Shown piece by piece: positions 23,697-36,390 of a stretch of DNA of 64,000 nucleotides. The DNA is from Blepharisma stoltei ATCC 30299 (taxonomy: Eukaryota; Protista; Ciliophora): positions 186,001-250,000 of the forward strand of contig CBFDEM010000060.1 in NCBI GenBank assembly GCA_965603825.1. Direction: 5' to 3'. Each line of letters begins with the position of its first letter. Within the stretch, counting starts at the first letter, position 1. The notes under the pieces were generated by a model. It saw only the letters and a program-made list of their open reading frames with translations. It made no database searches and was not told where the DNA came from. Both the position numbers and the translations under genes were made by a program.

Positions 23697-24428
23697 TAAT
23701 TACTCAAAAAAACAAAGAAAATTTATATGAATGTGCTGCGAGCCAGTATATGTTAAAATAAATCTTAATTACTGGTTTATCTAATTCAAATTAGCAAATC
23801 ACCATATATTTCAGTCATAAAAATAAGAGGGTGTTGGAGTTTAAACATAATATTTTATACAGTAGATAATTTAATTCGATAATAAGATATTGGCATTTTA
23901 TTCTCTCAAAGAAAATCCTGATATTGTAAGCTGCCAATATATGTCGAATTAAGCAAATTTCGTATAGATTATAGGCCAGCTTTAAAGCGATTTTCATGAA
24001 AATCTTTTGCATGATAATATTTATTATAAATCTCAAATAATAAATATAATAAATAAATTTCTTTCTTTTTACAATTTCTTTAATAAATCGTATTCCTTGA
24101 ATTTCTTATGAGCGAGTAATAAACGATTCCAAGGCTAAAACCTAATTTCAGAATCTTTCAGCTAAGAAAAAGATTGAATGAGATGGTTTATTCTTGTTGA
24201 AAACTCCATAGGTCGAACTCGAATACAATTTGTGCAGAGCACAATATCCTTTGATAAATAAAAATTTAAGCATTAATTTAAAGTCTCTATATCATAAATT
24301 ATCATAAAGTCATTTTTCACCTTATTTAAATCAATTAATTTTTCAAGACAAATATCAGAAACTGAATAAGTTATTATGGAATAATTCCAGACCTGACCTA
24401 AACCCCTCTAATGCATCAAATTATTACA

Positions 24429-25640
24429 TTATCTGGAATCTTTTTCAACAAGTGTCTTTACCTTTATACCCTTATGACTCAGCTCAGTCATACCTTTCAT
24501 CCAATATACTCCAGGAAATTCATAAAGTTGATACTCTTGCTCAATTACGATTTCTTCTTTATCAATAATCTCCCCATCTTCCATTGACCCTCCTGTCGTT
24601 TTTAATTCCAATTCTTGAAAATCGCTTTCGGATCCTGTGTCATTAGGTTTAAAAATCTTTACTGGTGGCTCCACTTCAACAGGCTGCCTTAGCCTCTTGC
24701 TAACAACATCTAATCCAAACGTCGTAACGTAATTTTTGGGTTTTTTGAAAATAGAAGAATAAGGGTGGATATCAATCAGCCCTGGAAATTTTGATCTTTT
24801 AAATTTTTTTATCATGATAAAAGCATCTTCAATTCTCCTTAATACAAGAATCGTGCACAGGTAGTTATTTACGAACCTTGGGGTTTCTGCGTGGAAAATG
24901 AATTCTCCACCGAGCTTTATTCTTAGATGTTCTGTTGAGAAATTCTGAGGAAGTGACCTAAGAATAACAGCTGTCCAGTTGAAATCTGGGTCAAGAACTC
25001 TGTAGTTAAGCCATCTTACATAGCTATCATGTTGAGAGCCTGGGATTCTGTGCAAAATGGCACCTAGCCGTCCATTTTCTTCATCCTTTGCAAGCTTAGC
25101 GTATATGAATTTTGCTGAATATTTCTTACCTTCGGCCAAAGTTCTGAAATATAAAAGCGCATAATGCTCGATCCCAGTGTCTTTTTTCAAATCCAAAAAC
25201 GAAATCTGGGTAGGTTGTCCTCCATATCGTTTGATTATGCTATCTATATGTGCTATGCTCAAAGAAAGTTCAATGTTCCCTAAAGCGAGAACTGAAAGGC
25301 AAGACTTCAAGTGGTGTTTCTAAATTAAATTTACTGAAAACGAAATGTTCGTGATATCAAGGATGGTCTCAGCAACTTTTCTGACGCTGGGCACACAAGA
25401 TTCTTCTTCTGAACACTCTGCACTGCTAGGAGACTCGACTAGGAATTTCAAATTTGGGCCAACTGATCGTAAAGATAAGCAAATTTGTCTGAAAGATTCT
25501 TGCATTTCAGATGAAGGGATTATCATAAATGATGGACGGTATCCGTTTTTCCTCAGAATGTCGTGGACTCTTCGTGGGTCGAGCTTAGCTAATTCGTCTT
25601 GTGCGGTGTCCAAAAGTTGGTCAAGTGTAGAATACTCCAT
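24429..25640 (-). CDS. Hypothetical protein with degenerate RRM-like segments, one intron
   Basis: Two ORFs join in frame by removing 25320-25334; ATG 25640; VLALGNI..YALLYF and VILRSLP RNP-like motifs. Confidence 0.7.
25320..25334 (-). other. 15-nt intron
   Basis: GTAAATTTAATTTAG. Confidence 0.85.
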
Positions 25641-25995
25641 ATATTTTTCAACATAAATTTGTCGTAAGATTTTGAGTTCTTTTTTTTGCCTTGGAAAATT
25701 GTAATTTTTAATAGCTCGGGGCAATGTTGAATAATAATTAAGTATTTTCAGGTTTTTTAATGGTATTTTAATAGAGGGAAAATATATCTCCTGTATTAAC
25801 CATAAAAATAATTTAGTTTATCATCATAAAGCTAGATGATTAAGTTCAAGCATTGCATAGGATTTGTAAAAATAAATTTAATAAAATTAATAAAACGAAA
25901 AAAATAGCTATTTTAAGCCAATATTTTTATCTTGAACTAAAAGTGCTTAATTACAATTATAAATCATAAGGAAATTAGAAAATTTTCTGATAAAA

Positions 25996-27384
25996 ATGGA
26001 ATCAGAAACTCCAAGCAAAAAAAGATTTCTGTGCCCGATATATCTGATTTTCCTTGAAGCTGCAATAATAATACTATATGGGCTATTTACATCATTTTCC
26101 TCATTTTCTGAGCCAATTAATCCAAGCTTAACCCCAAGCTCAGACTCAGAAAATCATTTTATTCTGCTGTATCCTCTTTATCAAGATATCTCTATTATGA
26201 TTTTTGTAGGTATAGGGTTTCTTATGTCGTTTTTAAGATTCCACAGCTGATCTTCAGTAGGATTTAATTTTATTTTAGGTGCTCTTTCTTTGCAGCTTTA
26301 TATCCTATTTAATGGATTGTGGGTAAGAGTTATAACAAATTCCTCATGAGACATTCCAATCAATTTAGATATTTCTCTATTTATCAACGCTCTATTCGGC
26401 ACAGCAGCTGTTTTAATTTCACTTGGTGGAGTAATCGGAAAACTGAATCTTTTTCAGCTAGTTTGCATGGCAACCATAGAAATTTGTATTTACGCCCTCA
26501 ACGAAGCAATAGTTTTTAACAAAATTCACATAACTGATGTAGGTGGTAGCATTGTAGTCCATATATTTGGTGGCTATTTTGGCCTAACAGTCTCACTCCT
26601 GGTCTCCTCAAACAACTGTAAAAATCACCCAAAATTAGTTGCAAGTTACAAGTCAAATTTATTTTCAATGATCGGCACATTATTCCTCTGAGTCTATTGG
26701 CCTTCATTCAATGCTGCACCAGCTTTAAATATAAACGATGTTCATCGTGCTACGTTAAACACAATTTTATCTCTAACAGGCAGCTGCATCGCCACATTTA
26801 TTTTTTCCACTTTATTTAAAAATGGAAAACTGTGTATGGATGACATTTTAAATGCTACATTGGCTGGAGGAGTCATTATAGGAACAAGTGCTGATATTAT
26901 TGTGTATCCTTTTTCGTCATTAATTATTGGCTGTTGAGCTGGATTTTTGACGACTTTTGGATTCAGGGTTTTGTCACCTTTACTCCAGAGGAAATCAATT
27001 TTGTATGACACTTGTGGCATACATAATCTTCATGCGTTGCCAGGGGTATTTGGAGGAGTTTTTTCAGCAATTTTTATAGCTGGGCTGACAAAAAGTTCTC
27101 TTGGATATAGGGTGGAAGACAGATTTTCAGGGAGGTCTGCATCAGAACAAGCAGTTTTACAAATTATTGGCTGTGGAATAAGTCTTGGGTTTGCAGTAAT
27201 ATCAGGAATTTTTACTGGTATTTTGTTAAAACTTCCATGTTTTGAGAAAATAAATTCACTATTTGATGATAAAGAATTTTGGGTGATAGAAAATGATCCA
27301 GATGATTATTTAGCTGTTGGGCATGCTCATAGAAGGACTGAAAGTACAGATGGAAAGCTAGTGAATCATAATTTATCTAATTAG
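25996..27384 (+). CDS. Rh-type ammonium transporter (462 aa)
   Basis: YPLYQD..IMIFVGIGFLMSFL, DVGGSIVVHIFGGYFG, GTLFL[W]VYWPSFN, NATLAGGV, DTCGIHNLHALPG; four in-frame TGA. Confidence 0.93.
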
Positions 27385-28015
27385 AATTTTTTGAGATATT
27401 TTTAAGACATTAATATATTGCTTGGGTATAATTGGAATTGCTAATCTACTAAAGATTTATTGGTTGATAGGCTTGGAATTTTTTTCCCATATAAATATAT
27501 AATTTCTCAATAAGCATATTTGAAATGATAAGTCTTTTCTGCAAGATTATCATACTGAGAAATGGCTAAACGAAAAGCTCTTCTTTAGCCATTGTATATG
27601 CCTTTTGTGCTCTTCTTCTATTTCATATGGCAAAAATTGCTATAATTTGAGCTATTTCAACCCTTGCTAAGCTAATGGAGAGAGCTCATCTTTGACTAAG
27701 TTTCACAGTTCTTCTTTGATTTTTTATTTAGCTGATAGAATCAAATATTTAGCATACTCACCAGATACTCGACAATTTTTCTATATGCTTTCTCTCTCAA
27801 TTTCAACAAAAATAAATTAGTTTTAAAAGAATCTTCTCCTCAATTGAAATGCTCACAAAATTAATAGCAATCATTTATTCGCTTTCTAATTTTCATCTTT
27901 ATTCCCTCGTCGCTTTCATTTCCTTAATCTCTTTGGCGCTATTTTGTTTTAATTCGATTGACGAAAGAATTTTTCATTTTTTAATAAACCAGATTAGTTT
28001 GACCTAATGTTTAAG

Positions 28016-28606
28016 TTAAACTGGGAATTCTCTATTAAGAGGGAATTCAAAAACTACTTCTTTGTTAGTTAGCTTGTTGTAAACAGCACTTAAAGTATCT
28101 AATTTTTCTTCGAATTTTTCTCTGTCTTTAGGATCAAGGAGAACTTTAAAGACACGTTTCCCATCAGTCTTGATTCTCTGCCTCTTTCCAAGAATAGTGG
28201 CAGGGAACACCAAATCATCTAAAATCGCTTCATGAACGCTGGTAAGAGTTCTTGAATAAGGGCGTTTCTGCTGGCCTTTGGATTTGAGGTATTTTGGTAA
28301 TATAGTTCTTGAGAAAATTATAGCCACTGGCCTTGAAAATCTTTTTTCGAGCTCGTTTAGAAGTCTGGCATAGATTTTTCTGACTGCTTGGAGTGATCTA
28401 TAGTGGAACATGATTACTACAGCATTACGGACTGACCCTCTGAATTTCCCCTCAAATTCACTTGCTCCTGTAATAAAAATGTCACGAAGTTCACCTTTGA
28501 GGTCACTTGCGGATGCTTCAATCTCACCTAAGGTCTGGGCAACATGGTATTCGAACTCTGTTGGCTCACTTCCTTTCTTGATGATTTTCTTTTTTGCGTC
28601 TGACAT
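28016..28606 (-). CDS. RPS7: 40S ribosomal protein S7 (eS7)
   Basis: RL..ELEKRFS, QKRPYSRTLTSVHEAILDDLVFP, VYNKLT.K.V.FEFP. Confidence 0.95.
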   Translation of the reverse strand: MSDAKKKIIKKGSEPTEFEYHVAQTLGEIEASASDLKGELRDIFITGASEFEGKFRGSVRNAVVIMFHYRSLQAVRKIYARLLNELEKRFSRPVAIIFSRTILPKYLKSKGQQKRPYSRTLTSVHEAILDDLVFPATILGKRQRIKTDGKRVFKVLLDPKDREKFEEKLDTLSAVYNKLTNKEVVFEFPLNREFPV

Positions 28607-28818
28607 GTGGACCCTATTTATTACAATTTAGTTAGTTATAGAATTCTAAGAGACCAAGAATTTTCTCGTTTTTTGAGTTATTAAGGATGATTTTATGTAA
28701 ATTCGAAGAATAATTCGTGATTTATGATAGAAAATAATTTTTTGAACAAAAATAGATAGAGTTCAATAGAAAGTTTTGGAATTAAATTCAAATAAGGAAA
28801 TGCTGTTAGTTAAATATA

Positions 28819-29436
28819 ATGTGAAACTTGGTTGGAGCAAATAAGATTTGCACTGATAGAAATATAGCAAGAGAGCATATGCTACATTTAGCAAGGCTTA
28901 AGAAAATGAAATCTACAGTAAATTGCAATCCGCCTCGAACTATGTCACATCTTAAAGTTAAAGCAAAGAAAGAGCAAATTAAAAGAGATAAAGAAGAAAT
29001 AGTTGAGCATGATAATAAGCTACTACTTAAAAAAATGTTGGAAATTGACAAAAAACCATCTTCCGTTACTCCTAGATGCCTAGGAACTCCTCGAAACAAG
29101 TCATTGAATAAGGTAAATAGATTAAATGAATTATCTCGAATAGCAAGAGAAAATCGAAAAATATTAAAACAGATACAGCTTGCAAAACCATCTTACTCAA
29201 ATCATAAACTTAAGAAGGATTATGAATACAAGCAATATCTCTCCCACAATTTATCAGAGAATGCAGGCCGAGTTCCCAGGTCAGTTAGTTTCACATCTGA
29301 GTCATTTGTTACAAGTTCAGTAAGTATTGAAGCACCAAGGCCACTTAGTGCTGTTCAGCAAAGAAGTGTAGAAACTAGTTTAGTTAGACCTATGACTGCT
29401 GATGGGAGAAATAGGATCGCTAAATCATTTTTATAA
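28819..29436 (+). CDS. CFAP97/Hemingway (KIAA1430)-like domain protein
   Basis: ATG-TGA-AAC-TTG start (MWNL); H..RL..MKS.V..PP..HL..K..Q...I..DN..LL and RIAREN..IL pattern. Confidence 0.7.
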
Positions 29437-29668
29437 AGCTGTAACTGATTTCTGAAGAAGATAAGAGATAAAATTTTGGATTACGATTTTTATTTAATAA
29501 ATAATTTGATAGTATTTAAATTATAATCAAAACAATTCTTAAATTAACCTCTGAGACATCTGGTATAGTAAATTTGATATTTAGTTTTTTTCAATTCTGT
29601 TAGGTATCACCATTTTATAATCAAGTTAAAAAATTGGACTGCATTGATTTATCAAAAAAATTTCCAAT

Positions 29669-30046
29669 ATGTCATGCAATGCTGAATCAGAAATTGGAGC
29701 TGACCAATGCTCAGAATATTCAGTACCAAGCACAAGAGCAAGCTTAGAAACAAATGAGGACTGTGGGTGTTGGCAATATTCAGAAAACATACCATTAGTA
29801 TACCCACAAAACCCAGAAGATTGCATTGAGCTTTATACTCCAATATCTTTGGATAAGATAAATAAAATTGAACAGCGAAACAAGAAGCTGAAGGACTTAA
29901 TAGAAAATTTCGACCAAGAAATTTTTGTATATAGCAGAGATGATTTTTCACTTCAGCAAGAGCCAATATTATTGGGAAATCCATTTGAGTCCACATTTCA
30001 TAGACGAAGAAGTGCAGTACTTATGGAGAGGTTGGATTCTTTATAA
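29669..30046 (+). CDS. Hypothetical protein
   Basis: Intact 125-aa ORF, TAA stop. Confidence 0.6.
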   Translation: MSCNAESEIGADQCSEYSVPSTRASLETNEDCGCWQYSENIPLVYPQNPEDCIELYTPISLDKINKIEQRNKKLKDLIENFDQEIFVYSRDDFSLQQEPILLGNPFESTFHRRRSAVLMERLDSL

Positions 30047-30364
30047 ATACACATCTAATTAGTTGTAAATATGTTTATAAAAAATTAGTGTGTTAAATAA
30101 TTTCTTATATATAATTAAGCTCTCAGAACCATTTTTATTTTTTATTAGAGAAGAAATGCTAAGGAATAATAACGGCAATAGTAAGAATTGCCATATATCC
30201 TCAGACTCATTGATTTTTAAATAATCCAGAAATTCATTTTTATATTAAAAGCCAGCTTTCTTCAGCTTAATAGATTTTTACTGATTTTAGATTTCTGAAG
30301 GATATATAGGACTCAGTAATTTATTATAAATTTATATAGTGCATTTATCTGTGAATGATTTAAA

Positions 30365-30946
30365 TTAAAAGTCAAATCCTCTAACCTTGCTTAATGCTTG
30401 ACTACAAAACCTCGTTAACTCTTTGCTATAGCTTAATGGAAGCCCTTTAATATCTTGATCAGCCATTTCATCTAAAATTTCGATTCCTTTTCTGAGATCT
30501 TCAATTTTAAGTACGTCCTGAAGTTTTCTTTGATTTTCGTATAGATTAAGCCGTGGACTTCTAACTCTTGGTGATAAAATCGATGGGCTAGGTGACCTTG
30601 AAGTCATAGGTTTCTTAAAAAATTGGTCAATTTGAGGCTTAATTCTTGAAAATGGAGACCTCGTTTTTGGGGAAGTAGGAGTTGTTGGTCTAAAGTGCGA
30701 TAAATCTTGATAAAGAGAAAAATTCGGAATCGTGGATGTAGATGTTGCTGGTTTTGTTTTAACTTCACTGCGGAAAGCTTTCCAATTACTTTGGCTTGAT
30801 TTTTGGCTTTTAAATGAGAGTTCTAGTTTTTGCTTAAAATCGCTCAGTCTGTCGTTGGAGTTTTGTCGACTGAGTTTGTCGACTTTATATTTTGATTCAA
30901 AGAATCGATCTTTATTGCCGTATTCACTAGATGATCTAAGCGACAT
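30365..30946 (-). CDS. Hypothetical S/P/R-rich protein
   Basis: Intact 193-aa ORF with many SP/TP sites. Confidence 0.75.
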   Translation of the reverse strand: MSLRSSSEYGNKDRFFESKYKVDKLSRQNSNDRLSDFKQKLELSFKSQKSSQSNWKAFRSEVKTKPATSTSTIPNFSLYQDLSHFRPTTPTSPKTRSPFSRIKPQIDQFFKKPMTSRSPSPSILSPRVRSPRLNLYENQRKLQDVLKIEDLRKGIEILDEMADQDIKGLPLSYSKELTRFCSQALSKVRGFDF

Positions 30947-31187
30947 TTTCTTATATATAATAGTAAATTTAATAATGTATGCACTTGAATTTAAGCGTCT
31001 TTTTTACATTTTATTGGTGATGATCATTATAATATTAAAAATAATGATTTTAAAGAATTGATTAAATTGACTTTTAATCTTCTTTGATATCAAGTAAATG
31101 TGCAGCAATTTCAAATATAGTGTAGCTATTTAACTAGACTTTATATTTTTTATTATTTTGTTGAACAGCATTTAAATAGATACTTTA

Positions 31188-32231
31188 TTAAGCAATGCTT
31201 TCTTCTTCAAAATGGTTTTGATTGAATCTTCCAATCTTTGGCTTTCTTCCGTCAGTAAAAGTCATGTTGCCGTATCCATGCTGAATTCCTTCCACCCAGT
31301 CCCCAGCATAGCATGATCCATCATTCCATTTCATTTTCCCTTTTCCATTTCGTTTATCTCCTTTAAATTCTCCTCTATATTCATTTTTTGATGGTCACAC
31401 AAAGTACCCTTTTCCTTCTTTTACATCATTTCTAAAGTCTCCAATATATATATGTCCTTGAGCTGTAACAATCTTTCCTTTGCCATGCTTTTTCCCATCC
31501 TGAAACATTCCTTGATAAATTGTATTATTTCTATACGTATATTTTCCATAACCATGTGGCTTTCCGTCCAAGAATTCTCCAACGTACTTATCGCCAGTTT
31601 CCACATAAGTCTCAATGCCTCTCCCATGCTTAATGCAAGCATTCCATTCGCCTTCATATGCATCTCCATTAGACCACGTATGTTTTCCCCATCCATGCGC
31701 TTTAGAGTCACTCCAGTCACCAATATAGCAATCCCCATTCGGACTTGTCCATTTTCCTTTGCCATGCTTGACTCCACTTACCCACTCCCCTTGATAGACT
31801 TCTCCATTGTTCCACGTATACACTCCAATACCATGTGCTTTTCCATTGGCGAAATCTCCAGTATATTTATTTCCATTTGAATAATGCTCAACCCCTCTTC
31901 CTTGGCGGACATCATTTCTCCATTCTCCAAAGTAAACTCTTCCATTATCATAAATCATCTTGCCTAGACCATGCCGCTTGTCATTTAGCAAGTCTCCTTC
32001 ATAGCGGGCGTCGTTGAATTTTCGAACGGAATTAGGGACCAGCCTCCTTCTTTCATCATCACTCAATTTATTTAGATAGTCTGATCTAAGCAAGTCTTCA
32101 TAGTTTTCATATGAAGGCAAGCGGATTTCTTCGTTTCTTGGCTTGATTTGAGAGATAATGCTTTCTTTATCTCGGATCATTTTTTCCACTTCTTCTATTT
32201 CACTTTGAGTCATGAACTCGTTCCATTCCAT
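31188..32231 (-). CDS. MORN-repeat protein (347 aa)
   Basis: Serial YxGxW..G..HG.G repeats, which continue past TGA at 31395-31397 to TAA at 31188-31190. Confidence 0.92.
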
Positions 32232-32329
32232 TTTAGAAGTTTTGAATTTATTAATATAAATGAAAAATTTTTTAGGAGTTCTAGAAAGAGGGAGGAGGTG
32301 TATTTATAGCGGGGGAAAGGATAGAAATC

Positions 32330-32448
32330 GTTGTCGGCCATACTATGCCTAACGCACCAGATCCCATCCGAACTCTGAAGTTAAGCGGCATAAGGCGAGG
32401 TTAGTACTTGGGTGGGGGACCGCCAGGGAAGCCCTCGTGCTGACAGCT
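32330..32448 (+). rRNA. 5S rRNA
   Basis: 119 nt; GTTGTCGGC/GCTGACAGC terminal helix, GATCCCATCCGAACTC, GAAGTTAAGC, TTAGTACT, GGGACCGCCAGGGAA; T-runs downstream. Confidence 0.96.
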
Positions 32449-32673
32449 AAACTTTTGTTTTGAAGATCTTTATTTTAAGGTCTCTTTATTTTCTCTATAA
32501 AACCTTTCCTATTTAATCAAAATTATACTTAAATTTAATATATGATGTGCTCTTATAAAAATTCTGTTTTTATTTTAGGAAAAGCTAAACTCATTATTAA
32601 GGCTAGAATAATTCATCCAAAACTTTCGTTCCTCTCTTTCTAAATATTAAATATTTAAATAAAATTCAAATAA

Positions 32674-33627
32674 ATGTCAGACGCCTCCACATCGCCATCA
32701 AGCTCAGAATTGCTTGACTCAGTAACCCCAATGCCCATGTCTAGATCAGTCCGCAAAAGACCTCGCTCTTCAAATGATTTTTTTGAGCTCCTAAACTGTC
32801 CTATATGTTTTGATTATTACACCCCTCCAATCATCAATTGTAAGAAAGGACATTCTTTTTGTATAAACTGCATTGAAAGGATGGAAAGAACAAGTGGGGA
32901 TTTAAGGTGTCCCCAATGTCGCTCCCCTATTGATAAAACAAGCAGAAACCATCTGATTGAAGACCAGCTTGAAAAAATCACAGTAGGATGCATATGAAGA
33001 GAATACGGCTGCAAGGTAAGAATTTCTTTGACTGAAAGAGAAAATCATGAAAAAACTTGTGATAAAAGGCCTGGAGGAGTTTTTTGCTACTTTGCTCATG
33101 AGCCTCTTGGAAATAGCTGCTCATGGAAAGGAAACCCTTTGCAATTGCCTAAACATTTAGAGCAGTTCCATGATATACAACCCATCGAAAGAGGTAGAAT
33201 TGTAAAATTCTTATGAAATCCACCTAGGCAAGATCAAGCTCGATTTAGACACAGAGTAATAAAGATTGGCTACCCTTCTGAAAGTAATAAAACATATTTT
33301 ATTCTCGAGCATATTTATATTCCAGATTGCAAACAGTTGCTATTTATGGTCAGAACCTTAGACAGTGAAGTAAAAATCCCTTATAAAATATCAATTTTAA
33401 ATAGAAGTGATGATGAAAATAAAATTTCTTTCAGGGGCAAAACAGCAGATTTTGAGGACATTGGGTTGCTAAGCCAGTACCCTAATATTGATAAAACAAA
33501 AATTTTTTCAGTCCATTATGATACATTACAGAATTATTCATTCCAAAACCAAGAAGATGGGTTGATATATTTTTCTCTGCACGTTGAGTTTTTGAGTGCA
33601 GGGTATCGAGAAGTAGTTGATGATTAA
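32674..33627 (+). CDS. SINA/SIAH-type RING E3 ubiquitin ligase (317 aa)
   Basis: LNCPICFDYY.PPI..C..GH.FC..C..CPQCR, SINA zinc finger HE..C..RP, CSWKG..HL; three track ORFs joined by two TGA. Confidence 0.88.
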
Positions 33628-33749
33628 TTCAATTTTAATTTATTTAATTAAATTTAGAGATGATATAATATGAATTTATGCTAGAAAAACTCTATGAAAG
33701 TAATGCGAGACTGAATCTATAAATACTAAAATATGTATTGAGTAGTGTA

Positions 33750-33823
33750 GGTCCCATAGCTCAGCTGGTTAGAGCGCTGTGCTAATAACGCAGAGGTCGT
33801 GAGTTCGATCCTCACTGGGACCA
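33750..33823 (+). tRNA. tRNA-Ile (anticodon AAT)
   Basis: Acceptor GGTCCCA/TGGGACC, D arm AGCTCAGCTGGTTAGAGC, loop CTAATAA, GTTCGATC, downstream TTTT terminator. Confidence 0.96.
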
Positions 33824-34209
33824 CTTTTATGATTTTGCAAATATATTTACTGATTGCTGAGTTTTGTATGTTGCTAGAAGATTTGTTTAATAAATTCATT
33901 TTTGAAACAATTCTTTGTTGCTATTTAAATATTTCCATTTTTAGTAAAAATTTGTTTGAAAAAATATTTAGATATTTATTTAGATTATGGATATATAATT
34001 GTAAAAGGATAAGGTTGCAAAAGTTATTAATGCTTCATATAATTGAATCGTTAATATTAAATAAAAATAAACATTTATAAGCAAATCTATTTTGGAAGCA
34101 GCTATTATCCATTTAAGATTTTTATAAATGAAAATACAGAGCATTTATAATCTTTAAAACATTACATTCAGTAACTCCGCTATTGCGACTAAGAAAATCT
34201 AATATTAAG

Positions 34210-35553
34210 ATGGATGTTTTCATCAGTGTTTTTAAAGAGACAAAATGCTATTCATGCAACTCCAAAGTATCAATGACAAAGAAAAGGAGAAAATGCGTCA
34301 AATGTGGTAAAAACTATTAAGAACATTTATTTTGTACAAGTTGCAGTATAAAGGTCAAAGCCCCAGATCTTGGTTTTCTTCGCCATCGTAGATATTGCCT
34401 GCAATGCCATTCTCACTTGACTTCCAGCTTAACTTCTGAATTTCACGAAGAAATAAAGCAAGACCTTGTGAAGGCTCAAACGAGTCCTCAATTAAATGAT
34501 CATGAAGCTCACTCTGAATTAGAATCTATTGCTAAAAGCGCTGGCTTTACTTCAGAAGAGCTTACATTAGACAAAAAACTAATTAAAAATGCTTTTGGGC
34601 TGCTGCTCAATGGTATAAAGCCTCAAGCATCCAGAAATAGAGTAAATTTAATATAGGCAAATGGCATTTTCCCTCAGAAGCACAATATCACTGAAGACAA
34701 TCCATTGAACTTTTATGCAATAATAAGGAATCTTACAATTGAAGATGATAATGCCTTATATCAAGTCAGAGAACTGAACTCAGAAACCATTGCTATCCTA
34801 AAAAAAGTCAAGCCTGAAAATTCTGAAGAGTTTTCAGAAATTTGTGAAGAAATTTCATTGACGAAAGCCAAAAAACATCCAAATATACTGCAGTATTATG
34901 ATGCATTTCATTTTAACGATCACATATGATACGCTATAGAATCAATTGATGTTACCATGTATGAGCTAGCTGCAGACAGAGCTGGGTATATACCAGAAAA
35001 GCATATGGCTTATATCTGCAAAGAAATTCTGCAAGGACTAGCGTTTCTTCACAAAGAAGGGAGGGTTCATAGAGATGTAAAAAGTGATAATATTTTATTA
35101 AGCCCTAGAGGAGATATCAAACTCGGAGACTTTGGATTGGCAGCTCAGCTTTGTAAAAGTTGCTTTAGAAGGCAATTAACAGCTGATAACCCTTCATGGA
35201 TGGCTCCTGAGCTAGCAAGGCACACAAATTATAATGAAAAAATTGATATTTGGTCCTTTGGAATTTTTCTAATTGAATTAGCTGAAGGACAGCCTCCATA
35301 TATTAATGAAAACCCGATGAAGATTTTGTATAATATTTCGGCAAAACCTCCACCTACTTTTCAAAATAAGCTAAGGTGGAGTTCTGAGATCAAAGAATTT
35401 CTTGGATTTTGCTTAAGAAAGAATCCTGAAGAAAGAATGAGCGCAGAAGAGCTATTACGTCATCCATTTATTGAAGAGCATATTGAAGAGACATCTAAAG
35501 AGCAATTTGCTGAGTATCTTGAAGATTTTTATCCATCACTAAGTAAGAAATAA
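34210..35553 (+). CDS. FYVE-like zinc finger + STE20/PAK-like kinase, two introns
   Basis: CxxC..RRKCxxC..FCxxC..RYCxxC; HRDVKSDN, DFG, WMAPE, DIWSFG; introns 34307-34321 and 34642-34656; TGA at 34927. Confidence 0.85.
34307..34321 (+). other. 15-nt intron
   Basis: GTAAAAACTATTAAG. Confidence 0.85.
34642..34656 (+). other. 15-nt intron
   Basis: GTAAATTTAATATAG. Confidence 0.85.
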
Positions 35554-35922
35554 GTGATAAGATTTTGATTACCAAAAATATAATTAAAATTTGATATGTA
35601 TAAAACGATTTATTTATGGAGATATAGTTGAAATTAATGGAAATAGATTATAATAGTCAGCACAGGCAATAATGAAATTATTGTTGATATTAATTTAAAT
35701 AATAATAATTTAATAATATACATTTATGAGTTTATTTTTATATTTCTGACTTTTCTCTACAATATCCCCATTTTTAATTTAGCCTATTTAAAAGCAAAAA
35801 TAATTTCCCGATAATTAATTAAGAACAGATGGTTACAAAGCAGATATCTATAAATATTCGTTATTTATAAATGCAATAGGATAATGGTCCACAATTGATT
35901 TAATTAATGGCAGTAATTTAAA

Positions 35923-36390
35923 ATGAAAATATTTCTGATGGTACTATTAATCTTATTCTCTTTATCAAATGCATGCAATGAAACCACGGGCATTTCCGAT
36001 CTCAAAAACGATACTAATTGATGCACAGAAATCGGAAATTGCTACTTTGATGAAGATTGCCCTCTGCTCCCTTGCATAAAAATATTATGCCCTGAAACAA
36101 ATCCAAATTGCACTCAGCCACCTTGCTACATAAATAGATGCATAAAGCACCGATGCACTGCCCTTGAAAGAGTAACTTCTGACAAGTGTAAAATTGGTGG
36201 ATGTGGAGGCGAATTGTGTTTTGCTCAATCTGATAGTGGAGTAAGCCCTTGCATATACCGCCCAGAAGATGCCTGCTATGGGCTATATGGAACATGTGGT
36301 TATCATTCATATGGATGTGACTGGATAGCAACTCCGTCGTTATACAGGTGTATATTTGAAGCCAGGCACAATAATAGTGTTTGCCCGTAA
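35923..36390 (+). CDS. Secreted cysteine-rich protein (155 aa, 19 Cys), missed by ORF track
   Basis: Signal peptide MKIFLMVLLILFSLSNA, one in-frame TGA, CKIGGCGGELC..PCIYRPEDACY..C..GCDWIATPSLYRC; TAA at 36388-36390. Confidence 0.85.

Noticed and set aside
27420-27980. Possible minus-strand gene between Rh and RPS7
   Set aside because: Frames I translated hit TAA or TAG early with no canonical tiny introns and no recognisable homology.
33799-34080. Track ORF overlapping the tRNA, and the many short antisense or alternative-frame ORFs inside long genes
   Set aside because: Shadow ORFs with non-ATG starts or F/L/S/I-rich antisense composition.
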